Of a stretch of 64,000 nt of DNA, positions 24,616-36,320 are shown in pieces; position 1 is the stretch's first letter, and each line of letters starts with the position of its first letter. Made by a program: the position numbers and the translations under genes. Source of the DNA: Escherichia coli. GTDB lineage: Bacteria; Pseudomonadota; Gammaproteobacteria; Enterobacterales; Enterobacteriaceae. The stretch lies in the NCBI RefSeq assembly GCF_011045215.1, contig NZ_CP049201.1. One strand, written 5' to 3'. The notes beneath the pieces were generated by a model, which worked only from the letters and a program-made list of their open reading frames with translations, searched no databases and had not been told where the DNA came from.

Positions 24616-25905
24616 TTAGCTGAACAGAGAGTAGAAGATTGCGGAGATTGCAATCAGACCCATCACGACAACGAATACGTTGCTGATGTGACCGCTGTAC
24701 TTACGCATTGCCGGTACTTTCTGAATTGCGTACATCGGCATCAGGAACAGGATCATCGCGATGATTGGGCCGCCCAGGGTTTCAATCATACCCAGGATGC
24801 TCGGGTTCAGGGTGGCAACAATCCAGGTCGTTACCAGCATGAACAGCGCAGTGATACGGTTCAGCTTGTTGATTTCGATAGACTTACCTTTACCACGCAG
24901 AGATTTAATCACCATACCGTTGAAGCCTTCACGTGCGCCCAGGTAGTGGCCGAGGAAGGATTTGGTGATAGCGATAATCGCGATAATCGGAGCCATCCAC
25001 GCGATAACCGGTGCGTTAAAGTGGTTAGCCAGGTAAGACAGAATCGAGATGTTCTGCTCTTTAGCCGCCGCCAGGTCTGCCGGAGTCAGGCTCAGTACGC
25101 AGCTGAAGACGAAGAACATTACGGTCAGCACCATCATGATGTGTGCGAATGCCAGGATCTTCGAGCATTTCTGTTCTGCCATATCGCCGTACTCTTCACG
25201 CTTCGCAACGGCGAAAGAAGAGATGATCGGAGAGTGGTTGAACGAGAACACCATTACCGGAATTGCCAGCCACAGGGTCATCCACAGACCGTTTCCGGTT
25301 GCAGATGCAGTGTCCAGAGACAGCGTTTCCAGTGCTGCGCCGTTCCACTGCGGGATCAGGTACAGAGCCAGCAGCATCAGTACGCCAACAAACGGGAATA
25401 CCAGAATACTCATCGCTTTAACGATCATCTGTTCACCAAAGCGAACGATGGTCATCATACCCACGATCAGGATCAGCGACAGAATCGCACGCGGCGGTGG
25501 TGTCATACCCAGCTGGTGAGACATGAAGCTTTCAACTGTATTGGTGATTGCCACGCTATAAACCAGCAGGATCGGGTAGATAGCGAAGAAGTAGAGCAGG
25601 GTAATCAGTTTACCTGCGCCAATACCAAAGTGTTCTTCTACAACCTCGGTGATGTCTTCGCCCGGGTTTTTACCAGACAGTACGAAGCGAGTCAGGCCGC
25701 GGTGAGCAAAAAACGTCATCGGGAACGCAAGGATAGCCATGATGATCAGCGGGATCATACCGCCAACACCGGCGTTGATTGGCAGGAACAGCACGCCCGC
25801 GCCGATTGCCGTGCCGTAAAGGCCCAGCATCCACATGGTGTCTGTCTTGCGCCAGGCACTACGAGAGTCTTTCGACGCAATCGTGCTGGTTTGAGTCGTT
25901 TCCAT
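24616..25905 (-). CDS. sdaC: Serine:H+ symporter SdaC (429 aa)
   Basis: 429-aa polytopic membrane ORF; synteny. Confidence 0.95.
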   Translation of the reverse strand: METTQTSTIASKDSRSAWRKTDTMWMLGLYGTAIGAGVLFLPINAGVGGMIPLIIMAILAFPMTFFAHRGLTRFVLSGKNPGEDITEVVEEHFGIGAGKLITLLYFFAIYPILLVYSVAITNTVESFMSHQLGMTPPPRAILSLILIVGMMTIVRFGEQMIVKAMSILVFPFVGVLMLLALYLIPQWNGAALETLSLDTASATGNGLWMTLWLAIPVMVFSFNHSPIISSFAVAKREEYGDMAEQKCSKILAFAHIMMVLTVMFFVFSCVLSLTPADLAAAKEQNISILSYLANHFNAPVIAWMAPIIAIIAITKSFLGHYLGAREGFNGMVIKSLRGKGKSIEINKLNRITALFMLVTTWIVATLNPSILGMIETLGGPIIAMILFLMPMYAIQKVPAMRKYSGHISNVFVVVMGLIAISAIFYSLFS

Positions 25906-26420
25906 CTATTTCTCCTGGAGGAATGCAAATAATTCAGCTTTTAGCCAGTTCAGCCCGGGAAGGTGCCTGACCGTAAAAATGAAATCTGTCTATCGGCGAT
26001 GGCTTAATCATTTACCGCCGTAATAATTTGAGGGCGGAAAGATACACACAAGTTATGTATCTATCAGTGATCTTGATCCCAAATACAATAATCTACTTGT
26101 AAGATAGATTATCCCAACGCTTTACTCTGTAAATCAAAAGTAAAAGAGAATTTAAGGGCAATATTTGCCCATTAAACGACATCTGACTTCTTCCGGGGCG
26201 CGCAATATATGTAGGTTGAACTAAAAAAATCAATACTTTTAGTTAATCATGGCGATAATTTCTTTTTCATAGCGATAAAATACGGTTTATGAAAATAGGG
26301 AAACGTTTGCGTTGCAACATAAATTGTATGACATATTAACTGTGATGATATTTGTCGCGTGAGGGTGATAAGAAACATTCATATAACAAATGAAATGAGT
26401 TGATGAGTAAGTGACCAAAA
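25906..26420. promoter_or_regulatory. Long AT-rich sdaCB upstream/leader region
   Basis: About 0.5 kb of AT-rich non-coding sequence with no ORF of 60 aa or more; position only. Confidence 0.4.
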
Positions 26421-26453
26421 ACGAGAAAACCCGGCAACAAACGTCACCGGGGG
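26421..26453 (-). terminator. Intrinsic terminator of ppnN
   Basis: Minus strand reads cccggtgacgtttgttgccggg followed by ttttctcgttttt, just after the ppnN stop. Confidence 0.55.
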
Positions 26454-26461
26454 AGCGGAGA

Positions 26462-27826
26462 TTACGTGCAGATTTCGTAGCAAGGGATGTAGGCTGAGCC
26501 TGGCAACTTCATACGATGCTGGGCAACAAAACCCTGTAGCAGGTCGTCCATACGACGCATAATCTCTTTATCGCCGTTGATTTTGTAAGGACCAAACTCT
26601 TCAATGGCGCGAATACCGACTTCTTTTACGTTACCCGCCACAATACCGGAGAACGCACGGCGCAGGTCGGCAGCCAGCACTTCAACGGGTTGATCCGGGT
26701 AAAGCTTCAGATTAGCCATATTCTCGTGAGACGGCTCAAACGGCATTTGCAAATCTGGCGCAATGCGCATTGACCAGTTAAAGCTGTAAGCGTCACCGGT
26801 GTCGCGGCGATTTTCTTTCACCAGCGGCATCGATTTTTTCATCTGACGAGCGACTTCAGCGGCGTCATCAATGATGATGCGGTAATGGCGGCGCGCGTTT
26901 TCGCCCAGCGTATGTACGACAAACTCGTCCAGTACGCGGAAGTAGTCGGCGCTCTCTTTCGGGCCGGTGAGGATCAATGGTAAAACCTGATCTTTGTTGG
27001 CCGGGTTCATTAAAATTCCCAGCAAATACAGCAACTCTTCTGCCGTACCCACACCGCCAGGGAAGATAATGATGCCGTGAGCGATACGGACAAACGCTTC
27101 CAGACGTTTTTCGATATCCGGCATGATGATCAATTCGTTGACCAGCGGGTTAGGCGGTTCAGCGGCGATAATCGACGGCTCTGTCATACCAATAAAACGA
27201 CTGTCTTTGTAACGCTGCTGCGCGTGTCCGACCGCAGCACCTTTCATCGGCGCTTCCATCGCTCCCGGACCACAGCCGGTGCAGATATTCAGCTCACGCA
27301 GGCCCAGCTGGTTTCCGACGCGACGGGCATACAAATACTCATTTTCGTTAATTGAGTGACCGCCCCAGCAGACCACCATATTTGGCGCTTCACCCACATG
27401 CAGCGCGCGAGCGTTACGCAAGATGGAAAAGACCAGGTTAGTGATGTGGACGGAGTTGTCGAGATTCAGGTTGGGAAAACGAACGGTATTATGGATTTGC
27501 CCGTAAACGAAGAGAATGTCTCGCAGAACCGCGAACAAGTTGGCCTGCAAAGCGCGAATAATTCGCCCATCGACAAAAGCCTCTTCCGGGGGATTAATCA
27601 GTTCCAGCTTTACGCCGCGTTCACGGCGCAAGACGTTAATATCGAAATTTTCAAAACGAGACAGCAATTCTTTGCTGTTATCGGTCAAACTACCGGAGTT
27701 CAGTACGGCAAGTGAACAGTTGCGAAACAGTTGATAGAGGTCGCTGCTGGCGGTGCGTTTAAGCATATCCACTTCCAGCTGCGACAACATATCCATGGAG
27801 CCAAGCGGGCTAATATGTGTAATCAA
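26462..27826 (-). CDS. ppnN: Pyrimidine/purine nucleotide 5'-monophosphate nucleosidase PpnN (YgdH, 454 aa, LOG family)
   Basis: 454-aa ORF; sequence recognised; synteny. Confidence 0.92.
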
Positions 27827-27937
27827 GAAAAACTCCTTATGGGACGAATATCGTCATTCCCTTTGATTACAATAGCCCTGCCTGATGACCTTTCACAACC
27901 TTCTGCGTGAATCCAGCACGCAAAATTGAGAAAAAAT

Positions 27938-28786
27938 TTATTGCCGAACCAGTCTTGTGGTCGATGGGACAAAATCGCTATTACTGCGCCACGGGTTAAT
28001 ATCCAGACCGCCACGACGGGTATAACGTGCGTAAACGCTCAATTTCTCTGGCTGGCAGAAGCGTAACAGGTCATTAAAGATGCGTTCCACGCACTGTTCG
28101 TGGAACTCGTTGTGATGGCGGAAAGAGACCAGGTAACGCAGCAGTTTTTCTCTGTCAATTTGGCGTCCACGATACTGAATTTGGATCGAACCCCAATCTG
28201 GTTGATGGGTGATCAGGCAGTTTGATTTCAGCAGGTGGCTGACAAGCGTCTCTTCCACTACTTTTTCACCACTGGTGGCATTCTCCAGATAGTCAGTAGT
28301 GAATTCATAGTTATCGATAGCGATATCCTGGTCATCAATGCAAGTGCCATTGAAATGACCTATCGGCTGGCCTTCCAGTTCATCAAGACGATATAACGCC
28401 ACGCTAACCTTACCCTGAGCGCAAGTGCTTAAGTCGCGCTCCAGCGTCTGGCGCACCTCATCCCAGTTATTAAAACGCGTCTGGTTAAAACTGTTGAGAT
28501 AGAGCTTAAAACTCTTCGACTCAATCAGATTTACGCTGGTGTAATCAAGTTCAACATGACCGACAGCGACCTGCGGCAAACCTTTCGCATTCAGCCAGGA
28601 AAGTTCATACAGCGTCCAGATATCCGTACCTTGAAAAGGCAGGTTATCCGCTTTCAGACCCAGCGGGTCGCGATTCAGGCTGCGTGGAACGCCTTGCAGT
28701 AGGCTGGCGTCATAGGTATCCCGGTAATCGGTTGATTTTCCAAGAGTCAGGCCCGCAAGTGCCTGATGGTTTGCATAAGAAGACAT
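27938..28786 (-). CDS. queF: NADPH-dependent 7-cyano-7-deazaguanine reductase QueF (282 aa)
   Basis: 282-aa ORF; synteny (yqcD position). Confidence 0.92.
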   Translation of the reverse strand: MSSYANHQALAGLTLGKSTDYRDTYDASLLQGVPRSLNRDPLGLKADNLPFQGTDIWTLYELSWLNAKGLPQVAVGHVELDYTSVNLIESKSFKLYLNSFNQTRFNNWDEVRQTLERDLSTCAQGKVSVALYRLDELEGQPIGHFNGTCIDDQDIAIDNYEFTTDYLENATSGEKVVEETLVSHLLKSNCLITHQPDWGSIQIQYRGRQIDREKLLRYLVSFRHHNEFHEQCVERIFNDLLRFCQPEKLSVYARYTRRGGLDINPWRSNSDFVPSTTRLVRQ

Positions 28787-28853
28787 GTTTCACCGTCATA
28801 AACCAGATAAACTAAACGACAAGTGTATCTGGTTTAAGTGAAGAGAGAAATTA

Positions 28854-29399
28854 GTGGACGATTTGACCGCACAAGCCCTGAAAGATTTTACTGCACGCTA
28901 CTGCGATGCGTGGCATGAAGAGCATAAAAGCTGGCCGTTAAGTGAGGAACTGTACGGCGTTCCTTCACCGTGCATTATTTCAACTACTGAAGATGCCGTA
29001 TACTGGCAACCCCAGCCGTTTACCGGGGAACAAAATGTAAACGCGGTTGAACGCGCTTTTGATATTGTGATACAACCCACAATTCATACCTTTTATACGA
29101 CTCAGTTTGCCGGGGATATGCACGCGCAGTTTGGCGATATCAAACTGACATTGCTGCAAACCTGGAGTGAAGACGACTTCCGTCGGGTGCAGGAAAATCT
29201 GATTGGTCATCTGGTGACTCAGAAAAGGCTAAAACTGCCACCCACGCTATTTATCGCGACGCAGGAAGAAGAGTTAGAGGTCATCTCGGTGTGTAATCTC
29301 TCCGGTGAAGTGTGCAAAGAGACGCTGGGAACACGTAAACGGACGCATTTAGCCTCAAATCTTGCGGAATTCCTTAATCAACTTAAGCCTCTTCTGTAA
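28854..29399 (+). CDS. syd: SecY-interacting protein Syd (181 aa)
   Basis: 181-aa ORF; synteny upstream of csrB. Confidence 0.9.
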   Translation: MDDLTAQALKDFTARYCDAWHEEHKSWPLSEELYGVPSPCIISTTEDAVYWQPQPFTGEQNVNAVERAFDIVIQPTIHTFYTTQFAGDMHAQFGDIKLTLLQTWSEDDFRRVQENLIGHLVTQKRLKLPPTLFIATQEEELEVISVCNLSGEVCKETLGTRKRTHLASNLAEFLNQLKPLL

Positions 29400-29418
29400 T
29401 CCAAATACCCCATCTGGT

Positions 29419-29436
29419 TGTGAGAGATCTCTTACA
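29419..29436. promoter_or_regulatory. UvrY (BarA/UvrY two-component) binding palindrome upstream of csrB
   Basis: TGTGAGAGATCTCTTACA, near-perfect 18-bp palindrome about 175 bp upstream of the csrB 5' end; matches the UvrY box as I recall it. Confidence 0.65.
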
Positions 29437-29611
29437 GACTCTGTAGGAGATCGCCAGGAAATAAGCGAATACTTAAAAAGATAAGAATCGTTATTTTCAT
29501 TTAAAAACAACATGTTGCTTGTTAATTCCTAACTTTCATATGAAATTTTCCTTAAGGCATTGTCTGTAAGCGCCTTGTAAGACTTCGCGAAAAAGACGAT
29601 TCTATCTTCGT

Positions 29612-29976
29612 CGACAGGGAGTCAGACAACGAAGTGAACATCAGGATGATGACACTTCTGAAGGACACACCAGGATGGTGTTTCAGGGAAAGGCTTCTGG
29701 ATGAAGCGAAGAGGATGACGCAGGACGCGTTAAAGGACACCTCCAGGATGGAGAATGAGAACCGGTCAGGATGATTCGGTGGGTCAGGAAGGCCAGGGAC
29801 ACTTCAGGATGAAGTATCACATCGGGGTGGTGTGAGCAGGAAGCAATAGTTCAGGATGAACGATTGGCCGCAAGGCCAGAGGAAAAGTTGTCAAGGATGA
29901 GCAGGGAGCAACAAATGTAGCTGGAATGCTGCGAAACGAACCGGGAGCACTGTGAATACAGTGCTCCCTTTTTTTA
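29612..29976 (+). ncRNA. csrB: CsrB, CsrA-sequestering small RNA
   Basis: Starts GTCGACAGGGAGTCAGACAACGAAGTGAACATCAGGATG; many repeated CAGGATG/AGGA motifs; ends with hairpin GGGAGCACTGTGAATACAGTGCTCCC + T8. Confidence 0.93.
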
Positions 29977-30020
29977 TTCCTGCTATCCTTCGCGGCAGTT
30001 TTTCTTATTGAGGTTGCTTT

Positions 30021-30350
30021 ATGACCACTCATGACCGCGTTCGTCTCCAGTTGCAGGCGCTTGAAGCGTTACTGCGTGAACATCAGCACTGGCAAAACGA
30101 TGAACCCCAGCCGCATCAATTTAACAGTACCCAACCGTTCTTTATGGACACCATGGAACCACTGGAGTGGTTGCAATGGGTGCTGATCCCACGAATGCAC
30201 GATTTGTTAGATAACAACCAGCCGTTACCGGGCGCTTTTGCTGTTGCACCCTATTATGAAATGGCGCTGGCGACGGACCATCCGCAACGCGCGCTTATTC
30301 TGGCTGAGTTGGAAAAACTGGATGCTCTTTTTGCGGATGATGCGAGCTAA
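30021..30350 (+). CDS. yqcC: YqcC (DUF446, 109 aa)
   Basis: 109-aa ORF; stop overlaps truC start (TAATG). Confidence 0.88.
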   Translation: MTTHDRVRLQLQALEALLREHQHWQNDEPQPHQFNSTQPFFMDTMEPLEWLQWVLIPRMHDLLDNNQPLPGAFAVAPYYEMALATDHPQRALILAELEKLDALFADDAS

Positions 30351-31132
30351 TGCTGGAAATACTCTATCAGGATGAATGGCTGGTTGCGGTAAATAAACCC
30401 TCCGGCTGGCTGGTTCACCGCAGCTGGCTGGATCGCGACGAGAAAGTAGTGGTCATGCAAACCGTGCGTGACCAGATAGGCCAGCATGTTTTTACTGCTC
30501 ATCGTCTGGACCGACCCACTTCTGGTGCGTTGTTGATGGGATTATCCAGCGAGGCCGGACGGCTGCTGGCACAACAGTTTGAACAGCACCAAATCCAGAA
30601 ACGTTACCATGCAATTGTGCGCGGCTGGTTGATGGAAGAAGCGGTGCTGGATTATCCACTGGTGGAAGAACTGGACAAAATCGCTGATAAATTTGCCCGC
30701 GAAGATAAAGGCCCGCAGCCAGCAGTGACGCATTATCGCGGTCTGGCGACCGTAGAAATGCCTGTAGCGACCGGACGTTACCCGACCACGCGCTACGGCC
30801 TGGTGGAACTGGAGCCGAAAACCGGACGCAAGCACCAGCTCCGTCGCCATCTTGCCCATTTGCGTCATCCGATTATTGGCGATAGCAAACATGGCGATTT
30901 ACGCCAGAATCGCAGCGGTGCTGAGTATTTTGGCCTTCAGCGCTTAATGCTGCATGCCAGTCAGTTGTCATTGACGCATCCTTTTACTGGCGAGCCGCTG
31001 ACTATTCACGCGGGCCTGGACGACACCTGGATGCAGGCGTTATCACAATTTGGCTGGCGCAATCTGCTTCCTGAAAATGAAAGGGTTGAGTTCAGTGCGC
31101 CATCGGGTCAGGATGGAGAGATAAGTTCCTAA
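30350..31132 (+). CDS. truC: tRNA pseudouridine-65 synthase TruC (260 aa)
   Basis: 260-aa ORF; RluA-family motif HRLDRPTSG. Confidence 0.92.
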
Positions 31133-31149
31133 TCCAGGGAGAAAACGGT

Positions 31150-31599
31150 ATGGCGGAAATTGGTATTTTTGTCGGCACCATGTACGGAAATTCGCTGTTA
31201 GTGGCGGAAGAAGCAGAAGCAATTCTGACCGCGCAGGGCCACAAAGCAACGGTATTTGAAGATCCTGAATTAAGCGACTGGCTGCCCTATCAGGATAAGT
31301 ATGTTCTGGTGGTTACGTCCACGACCGGGCAGGGCGACCTTCCTGATAGCATTGTGCCGCTCTTTCAGGGAATCAAAGATAGTCTGGGCTTCCAGCCGAA
31401 TCTGCGTTATGGCGTGATTGCGCTCGGCGACAGCAGTTATGTAAATTTCTGCAATGGCGGCAAACAGTTCGATGCCTTGTTGCAGGAACAGAGCGCTCAG
31501 CGGGTTGGCGAAATGCTGTTGATTGACGCCAGTGAGAACCCGGAACCGGAAACGGAATCAAATCCGTGGGTCGAACAGTGGGGCACGCTGTTGTCCTGA
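31150..31599 (+). CDS. yqcA: Flavodoxin-like protein YqcA (149 aa)
   Basis: 149-aa ORF; flavodoxin-like N-terminus ([12 protein letters not shown]...). Confidence 0.9.
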
Positions 31600-31651
31600 T
31601 ATGTTCAGCGAGCGGTAAATGCCGTTTTAGCGGTGCTGAATCGAATCTTTT

Positions 31652-31708
31652 CAGGCAAATGCCAGTAAAAACTGCTTCATAGCGCGGATTTTTACTGGCG
31701 TTTGCCTG
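31652..31708. repeat. 20-bp inverted repeat (long stem-loop) downstream of yqcA
   Basis: caggcaaatgccagtaaaaa ... tttttactggcgtttgcctg, 17-nt loop, one G-U position; no adjacent U-tract. Confidence 0.5.
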
Positions 31709-32033
31709 GAGTCAAGCGATCCATTTCATACTCTTCTTTATTTCTTCGTTTTAACCCTTCCTTTCTTGTTCTTGTTTTCATTTCCGTGAAGTGGATTCCA
31801 CCGTCCAGGGCTAATGCCAAAATCGGGCCTCATTGAACGCATTAATGTTGTGTTGTTGCACGGTGAGCCGCTATGGCGCGCTTTTTATACTGCTATTACC
31901 AGATATTAACACGCGCCGTATTCGGCGAACGACCTATAAAAACGGCAAAAAACACCCTACGTCACCTCTGATTTCCTGGCGATGTCGCAGTCCAGAGTGA
32001 GCGTGGCTAACGCGAATTTTCAGGAGTGCAACA

Positions 32034-33386
32034 ATGAGTTCTTTAAGTCAGGCTGCGAGCAGTGTGGAAAAACGCACGAATGCTCGTTACTGGATAGTGG
32101 TGATGTTGTTTATCGTCACATCCTTCAACTACGGCGACCGCGCTACGCTTTCTATTGCCGGTTCGGAAATGGCCAAAGATATCGGCCTTGATCCCGTGGG
32201 AATGGGCTATGTGTTCTCTGCCTTCTCATGGGCTTATGTTATCGGGCAGATCCCTGGTGGTTGGTTGCTGGATCGTTTTGGTTCAAAACGCGTCTACTTC
32301 TGGTCGATCTTTATCTGGTCGATGTTTACCTTGCTGCAAGGCTTCGTCGATATCTTTAGTGGATTCGGCATTATCGTTGCCCTGTTTACGCTGCGCTTCC
32401 TGGTCGGGCTTGCTGAAGCGCCATCTTTCCCCGGCAACAGTCGCATTGTTGCGGCCTGGTTTCCGGCGCAGGAAAGGGGAACGGCGGTGTCGATTTTTAA
32501 CTCCGCTCAATACTTCGCAACGGTGATCTTCGCGCCGATTATGGGCTGGCTGACGCATGAAGTGGGTTGGTCACACGTCTTCTTCTTTATGGGCGGTCTG
32601 GGCATTGCCATCAGCTTTATCTGGTTGAAAGTCATCCACGAGCCAAATCAACATCCGGGGGTAAATCAGAAAGAGCTGGAGTACATCGCTGCGGGTGGCG
32701 CGCTGATCAATATGGATCAGCAAAACACCAAAGTTAAAGTGCCGTTCAGCGTGAAGTGGGGGCAGATCAAACAACTGCTCGGGTCACGGATGATGATCGG
32801 CGTTTATATCGGTCAGTACTGTATCAACGCCCTGACTTACTTTTTCATTACCTGGTTTCCGGTTTATCTGGTGCAGGCGCGTGGGATGTCGATTCTGAAA
32901 GCGGGCTTTGTGGCTTCCGTTCCGGCGGTTTGCGGTTTTATCGGCGGTGTGCTGGGTGGGATTATTTCCGACTGGCTGATGCGCCGCACGGGATCGCTGA
33001 ACATTGCGCGTAAAACACCGATCGTAATGGGCATGTTGCTGTCGATGGTGATGGTGTTCTGCAACTACGTCAACGTTGAGTGGATGATCATCGGCTTTAT
33101 GGCGCTGGCCTTCTTCGGTAAGGGCATTGGGGCGCTGGGTTGGGCAGTAATGGCAGATACCGCGCCAAAAGAGATCAGCGGTCTTTCCGGTGGCCTGTTC
33201 AACATGTTCGGTAACATTTCTGGCATCGTCACGCCAATCGCAATTGGTTATATCGTTGGCACGACTGGCTCCTTTAATGGGGCGCTGATTTATGTTGGTG
33301 TTCATGCCTTAATCGCGGTACTGAGCTACCTGGTGCTGGTGGGCGATATCAAGCGTATCGAGCTGAAACCTGTCGCGGGGCAATAA
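32034..33386 (+). CDS. gudP: D-glucarate/galactarate MFS permease GudP (450 aa)
   Basis: 450-aa MFS ORF; synteny with gudXD. Confidence 0.93.
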   Translation: MSSLSQAASSVEKRTNARYWIVVMLFIVTSFNYGDRATLSIAGSEMAKDIGLDPVGMGYVFSAFSWAYVIGQIPGGWLLDRFGSKRVYFWSIFIWSMFTLLQGFVDIFSGFGIIVALFTLRFLVGLAEAPSFPGNSRIVAAWFPAQERGTAVSIFNSAQYFATVIFAPIMGWLTHEVGWSHVFFFMGGLGIAISFIWLKVIHEPNQHPGVNQKELEYIAAGGALINMDQQNTKVKVPFSVKWGQIKQLLGSRMMIGVYIGQYCINALTYFFITWFPVYLVQARGMSILKAGFVASVPAVCGFIGGVLGGIISDWLMRRTGSLNIARKTPIVMGMLLSMVMVFCNYVNVEWMIIGFMALAFFGKGIGALGWAVMADTAPKEISGLSGGLFNMFGNISGIVTPIAIGYIVGTTGSFNGALIYVGVHALIAVLSYLVLVGDIKRIELKPVAGQ

Positions 33387-33387
33387 G

Positions 33388-34728
33388 ATGACGACACAAT
33401 CCAGTCCTGTTATTACTGATATGAAAGTCATTCCGGTCGCCGGGCACGACAGCATGTTGCTTAATATTGGTGGGGCGCATAACGCATATTTCACTCGCAA
33501 TATTGTGGTACTCACCGATAACGCCGGGCATACCGGCATTGGTGAAGCGCCAGGCGGAGAGGTGATTTATCAGACATTGGTCGATGCTATTCCGATGGTG
33601 CTGGGCCAGGAAGTTGCGCGCCTGAATAAAGTGGTTCAGCAGGTGCATAAAGGTAATCAAGCAGCCGATTTTGATACCTTCGGCAAAGGTGCCTGGACTT
33701 TTGAATTGCGCGTTAATGCCGTAGCGGCGCTGGAAGCCGCCTTGCTTGACCTGTTAGGTAAGGCGCTGAATGTTCCGGTCTGCGAACTGTTAGGGCCAGG
33801 CAAGCAACGCGAGGCTATTACCGTCCTTGGTTATCTGTTTTATATCGGTGATCGGACCAAAACCGATCTTCCTTATCTGGAAAATACGCCGGGCAACCAT
33901 GAGTGGTATCAGTTGCGGCATCAGAAAGCGATGAACAGCGAAGCCGTTGTGCGTCTGGCGGAAGCCTCACAGGATCGCTACGGCTTTAAAGATTTTAAAC
34001 TTAAGGGCGGCGTGTTACCTGGCGAGCAAGAAATCGACACTGTTCGTGCATTGAAGAAACGCTTCCCGGATGCGCGGATTACCGTTGATCCCAACGGTGC
34101 ATGGCTGCTTGATGAAGCCATTTCTCTGTGCAAAGGGCTGAATGATGTTCTTACCTATGCCGAAGATCCATGCGGCGCAGAACAGGGCTTCTCCGGACGT
34201 GAAGTGATGGCGGAGTTTCGGCGGGCGACCGGCTTGCCCGTCGCGACTAATATGATCGCCACCAACTGGCGCGAAATGGGCCATGCGGTGATGCTCAATG
34301 CGGTAGATATTCCACTTGCCGATCCGCACTTCTGGACGCTTTCCGGTGCAGTCCGCGTGGCGCAGCTTTGCGACGACTGGGGGCTGACCTGGGGCTGCCA
34401 TTCCAACAACCATTTCGATATCTCTCTGGCGATGTTTACCCATGTGGGCGCGGCGGCACCGGGTAATCCTACCGCTATCGATACCCACTGGATTTGGCAG
34501 GAGGGCGATTGTCGCCTGACCCAAAATCCGCTGGAGATTAAAAACGGAAAAATTGCCGTTCCTGATGCGCCCGGTCTGGGCGTGGAACTGGACTGGGAAC
34601 AGGTACAAAAGGCACATGAGGCCTATAAACGTCTGCCTGGCGGTGCGCGTAACGACGCAGGCCCGATGCAGTACCTGATTCCCGGCTGGACCTTTGACCG
34701 TAAACGTCCCGTTTTCGGCCGTCATTGA
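33388..34728 (+). CDS. gudX: Glucarate dehydratase-related protein GudX (446 aa, enolase superfamily)
   Basis: 446-aa ORF, paralogous to the following gudD. Confidence 0.92.
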   Translation: MTTQSSPVITDMKVIPVAGHDSMLLNIGGAHNAYFTRNIVVLTDNAGHTGIGEAPGGEVIYQTLVDAIPMVLGQEVARLNKVVQQVHKGNQAADFDTFGKGAWTFELRVNAVAALEAALLDLLGKALNVPVCELLGPGKQREAITVLGYLFYIGDRTKTDLPYLENTPGNHEWYQLRHQKAMNSEAVVRLAEASQDRYGFKDFKLKGGVLPGEQEIDTVRALKKRFPDARITVDPNGAWLLDEAISLCKGLNDVLTYAEDPCGAEQGFSGREVMAEFRRATGLPVATNMIATNWREMGHAVMLNAVDIPLADPHFWTLSGAVRVAQLCDDWGLTWGCHSNNHFDISLAMFTHVGAAAPGNPTAIDTHWIWQEGDCRLTQNPLEIKNGKIAVPDAPGLGVELDWEQVQKAHEAYKRLPGGARNDAGPMQYLIPGWTFDRKRPVFGRH

Positions 34729-34748
34729 TTCTGAAAAAGGACATAAAT

Positions 34749-36089
34749 ATGAGTTCTCAATTTACGACGCCTGTTGTTACTGAAATGCAGGTCATCCCGG
34801 TGGCGGGCCATGACAGTATGCTGATGAATCTGAGTGGTGCACACGCACCGTTCTTCACGCGTAATATTGTGATTATCAAAGATAATTCTGGTCACACTGG
34901 CGTAGGGGAAATTCCCGGCGGCGAGAAAATCCGTAAAACGCTGGAAGATGCGATTCCGCTGGTAGTGGGTAAAACGCTGGGTGAATACAAAAACGTTCTG
35001 ACGCTGGTGCGTAATACTTTTGCCGATCGTGATGCCGGCGGGCGCGGTTTGCAGACATTTGATTTGCGTACCACTATTCATGTAGTTACCGGGATAGAAG
35101 CGGCAATGCTGGATCTGCTGGGGCAGCATCTGGGGGTTAACGTGGCATCGCTGCTGGGCGATGGTCAACAGCGTAGCGAAGTCGAAATGCTCGGTTATCT
35201 GTTCTTCGTCGGTAATCGCAAAGCCACACCTCTGCCGTATCAAAGCCAGCCGGATGACTCATGCGACTGGTATCGCCTGCGTCATGAAGAAGCGATGACG
35301 CCGGATGCGGTGGTGCGCCTGGCGGAAGCGGCGTATGAAAAATATGGCTTCAACGATTTCAAACTGAAAGGCGGTGTACTGGCCGGGGAAGAAGAGGCCG
35401 AGTCTATTGTGGCACTGGCGCAACGCTTCCCGCAGGCGCGTATTACGCTCGATCCTAACGGTGCCTGGTCGCTGAACGAAGCGATTAAAATTGGTAAATA
35501 CCTGAAAGGTTCGCTGGCTTATGCAGAAGATCCGTGTGGTGCGGAGCAAGGTTTCTCCGGGCGTGAAGTGATGGCAGAGTTCCGTCGCGCGACTGGCCTG
35601 CCGACTGCAACCAATATGATCGCTACCGACTGGCGGCAGATGGGCCATACGCTCTCGTTACAATCCGTTGATATCCCGCTGGCGGATCCGCATTTCTGGA
35701 CGATGCAAGGTTCGGTACGTGTGGCGCAAATGTGCCATGAATTTGGCCTGACCTGGGGTTCACACTCTAACAACCACTTCGATATTTCCCTGGCGATGTT
35801 TACCCATGTTGCCGCCGCTGCACCGGGTAAAATTACTGCTATTGATACGCACTGGATTTGGCAGGAAGGCAATCAGCGCCTGACCAAAGAACCGTTTGAG
35901 ATCAAAGGCGGGCTGGTACAGGTGCCAGAAAAACCGGGGCTGGGTGTAGAAATCGATATGGATCAAGTGATGAAAGCCCATGAGCTGTATCAGAAACACG
36001 GGCTTGGCGCGCGTGACGATGCGATGGGAATGCAGTATCTGATTCCTGGCTGGACGTTCGATAACAAGCGCCCGTGCATGGTGCGTTAA
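34749..36089 (+). CDS. gudD: D-glucarate dehydratase GudD (446 aa, enolase superfamily)
   Basis: Track ORF starts at 34725; recognised start [20 protein letters not shown] at 34749. Confidence 0.92.
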   Translation: MSSQFTTPVVTEMQVIPVAGHDSMLMNLSGAHAPFFTRNIVIIKDNSGHTGVGEIPGGEKIRKTLEDAIPLVVGKTLGEYKNVLTLVRNTFADRDAGGRGLQTFDLRTTIHVVTGIEAAMLDLLGQHLGVNVASLLGDGQQRSEVEMLGYLFFVGNRKATPLPYQSQPDDSCDWYRLRHEEAMTPDAVVRLAEAAYEKYGFNDFKLKGGVLAGEEEAESIVALAQRFPQARITLDPNGAWSLNEAIKIGKYLKGSLAYAEDPCGAEQGFSGREVMAEFRRATGLPTATNMIATDWRQMGHTLSLQSVDIPLADPHFWTMQGSVRVAQMCHEFGLTWGSHSNNHFDISLAMFTHVAAAAPGKITAIDTHWIWQEGNQRLTKEPFEIKGGLVQVPEKPGLGVEIDMDQVMKAHELYQKHGLGARDDAMGMQYLIPGWTFDNKRPCMVR

Positions 36090-36215
36090 GACAGAAAACC
36101 AAAACCGGCTCTATCTGGAGCCGGTTTGAGATTGATGCTAAACGCAAAATAGCCTGTTGTGCTATGTATCAGGTCTACATCATTTTTTAATTCATTGAAT
36201 TTAATTGGTTTTGTA

Positions 36216-36246
36216 GGCCGGATAAGGCGTTAACGCCGCATCCGGC
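36216..36246. repeat. REP element between gudD and barA
   Basis: ggccggataaggcgttaacgccgcatccggc, classic REP palindrome. Confidence 0.6.
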
Positions 36247-36320
36247 ATAAACACAGGCACTTTGTCACCAATCTGAAACCAGCGTCATAAAAAGCCGATT
36301 GCTACTCGACAAGACGTCCG

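Noticed and set aside
24091-25932. 613-aa ORF on the + strand
   Set aside because: Lies entirely antisense to sdaB/sdaC, which are confidently identified; translation is low-complexity (His/Arg/Gln-rich) with no convincing start context. Stop-free antisense frames are common opposite genes with strong codon bias.
34015-34725. 236-aa ORF on the - strand
   Set aside because: Antisense to gudX; no independent support.
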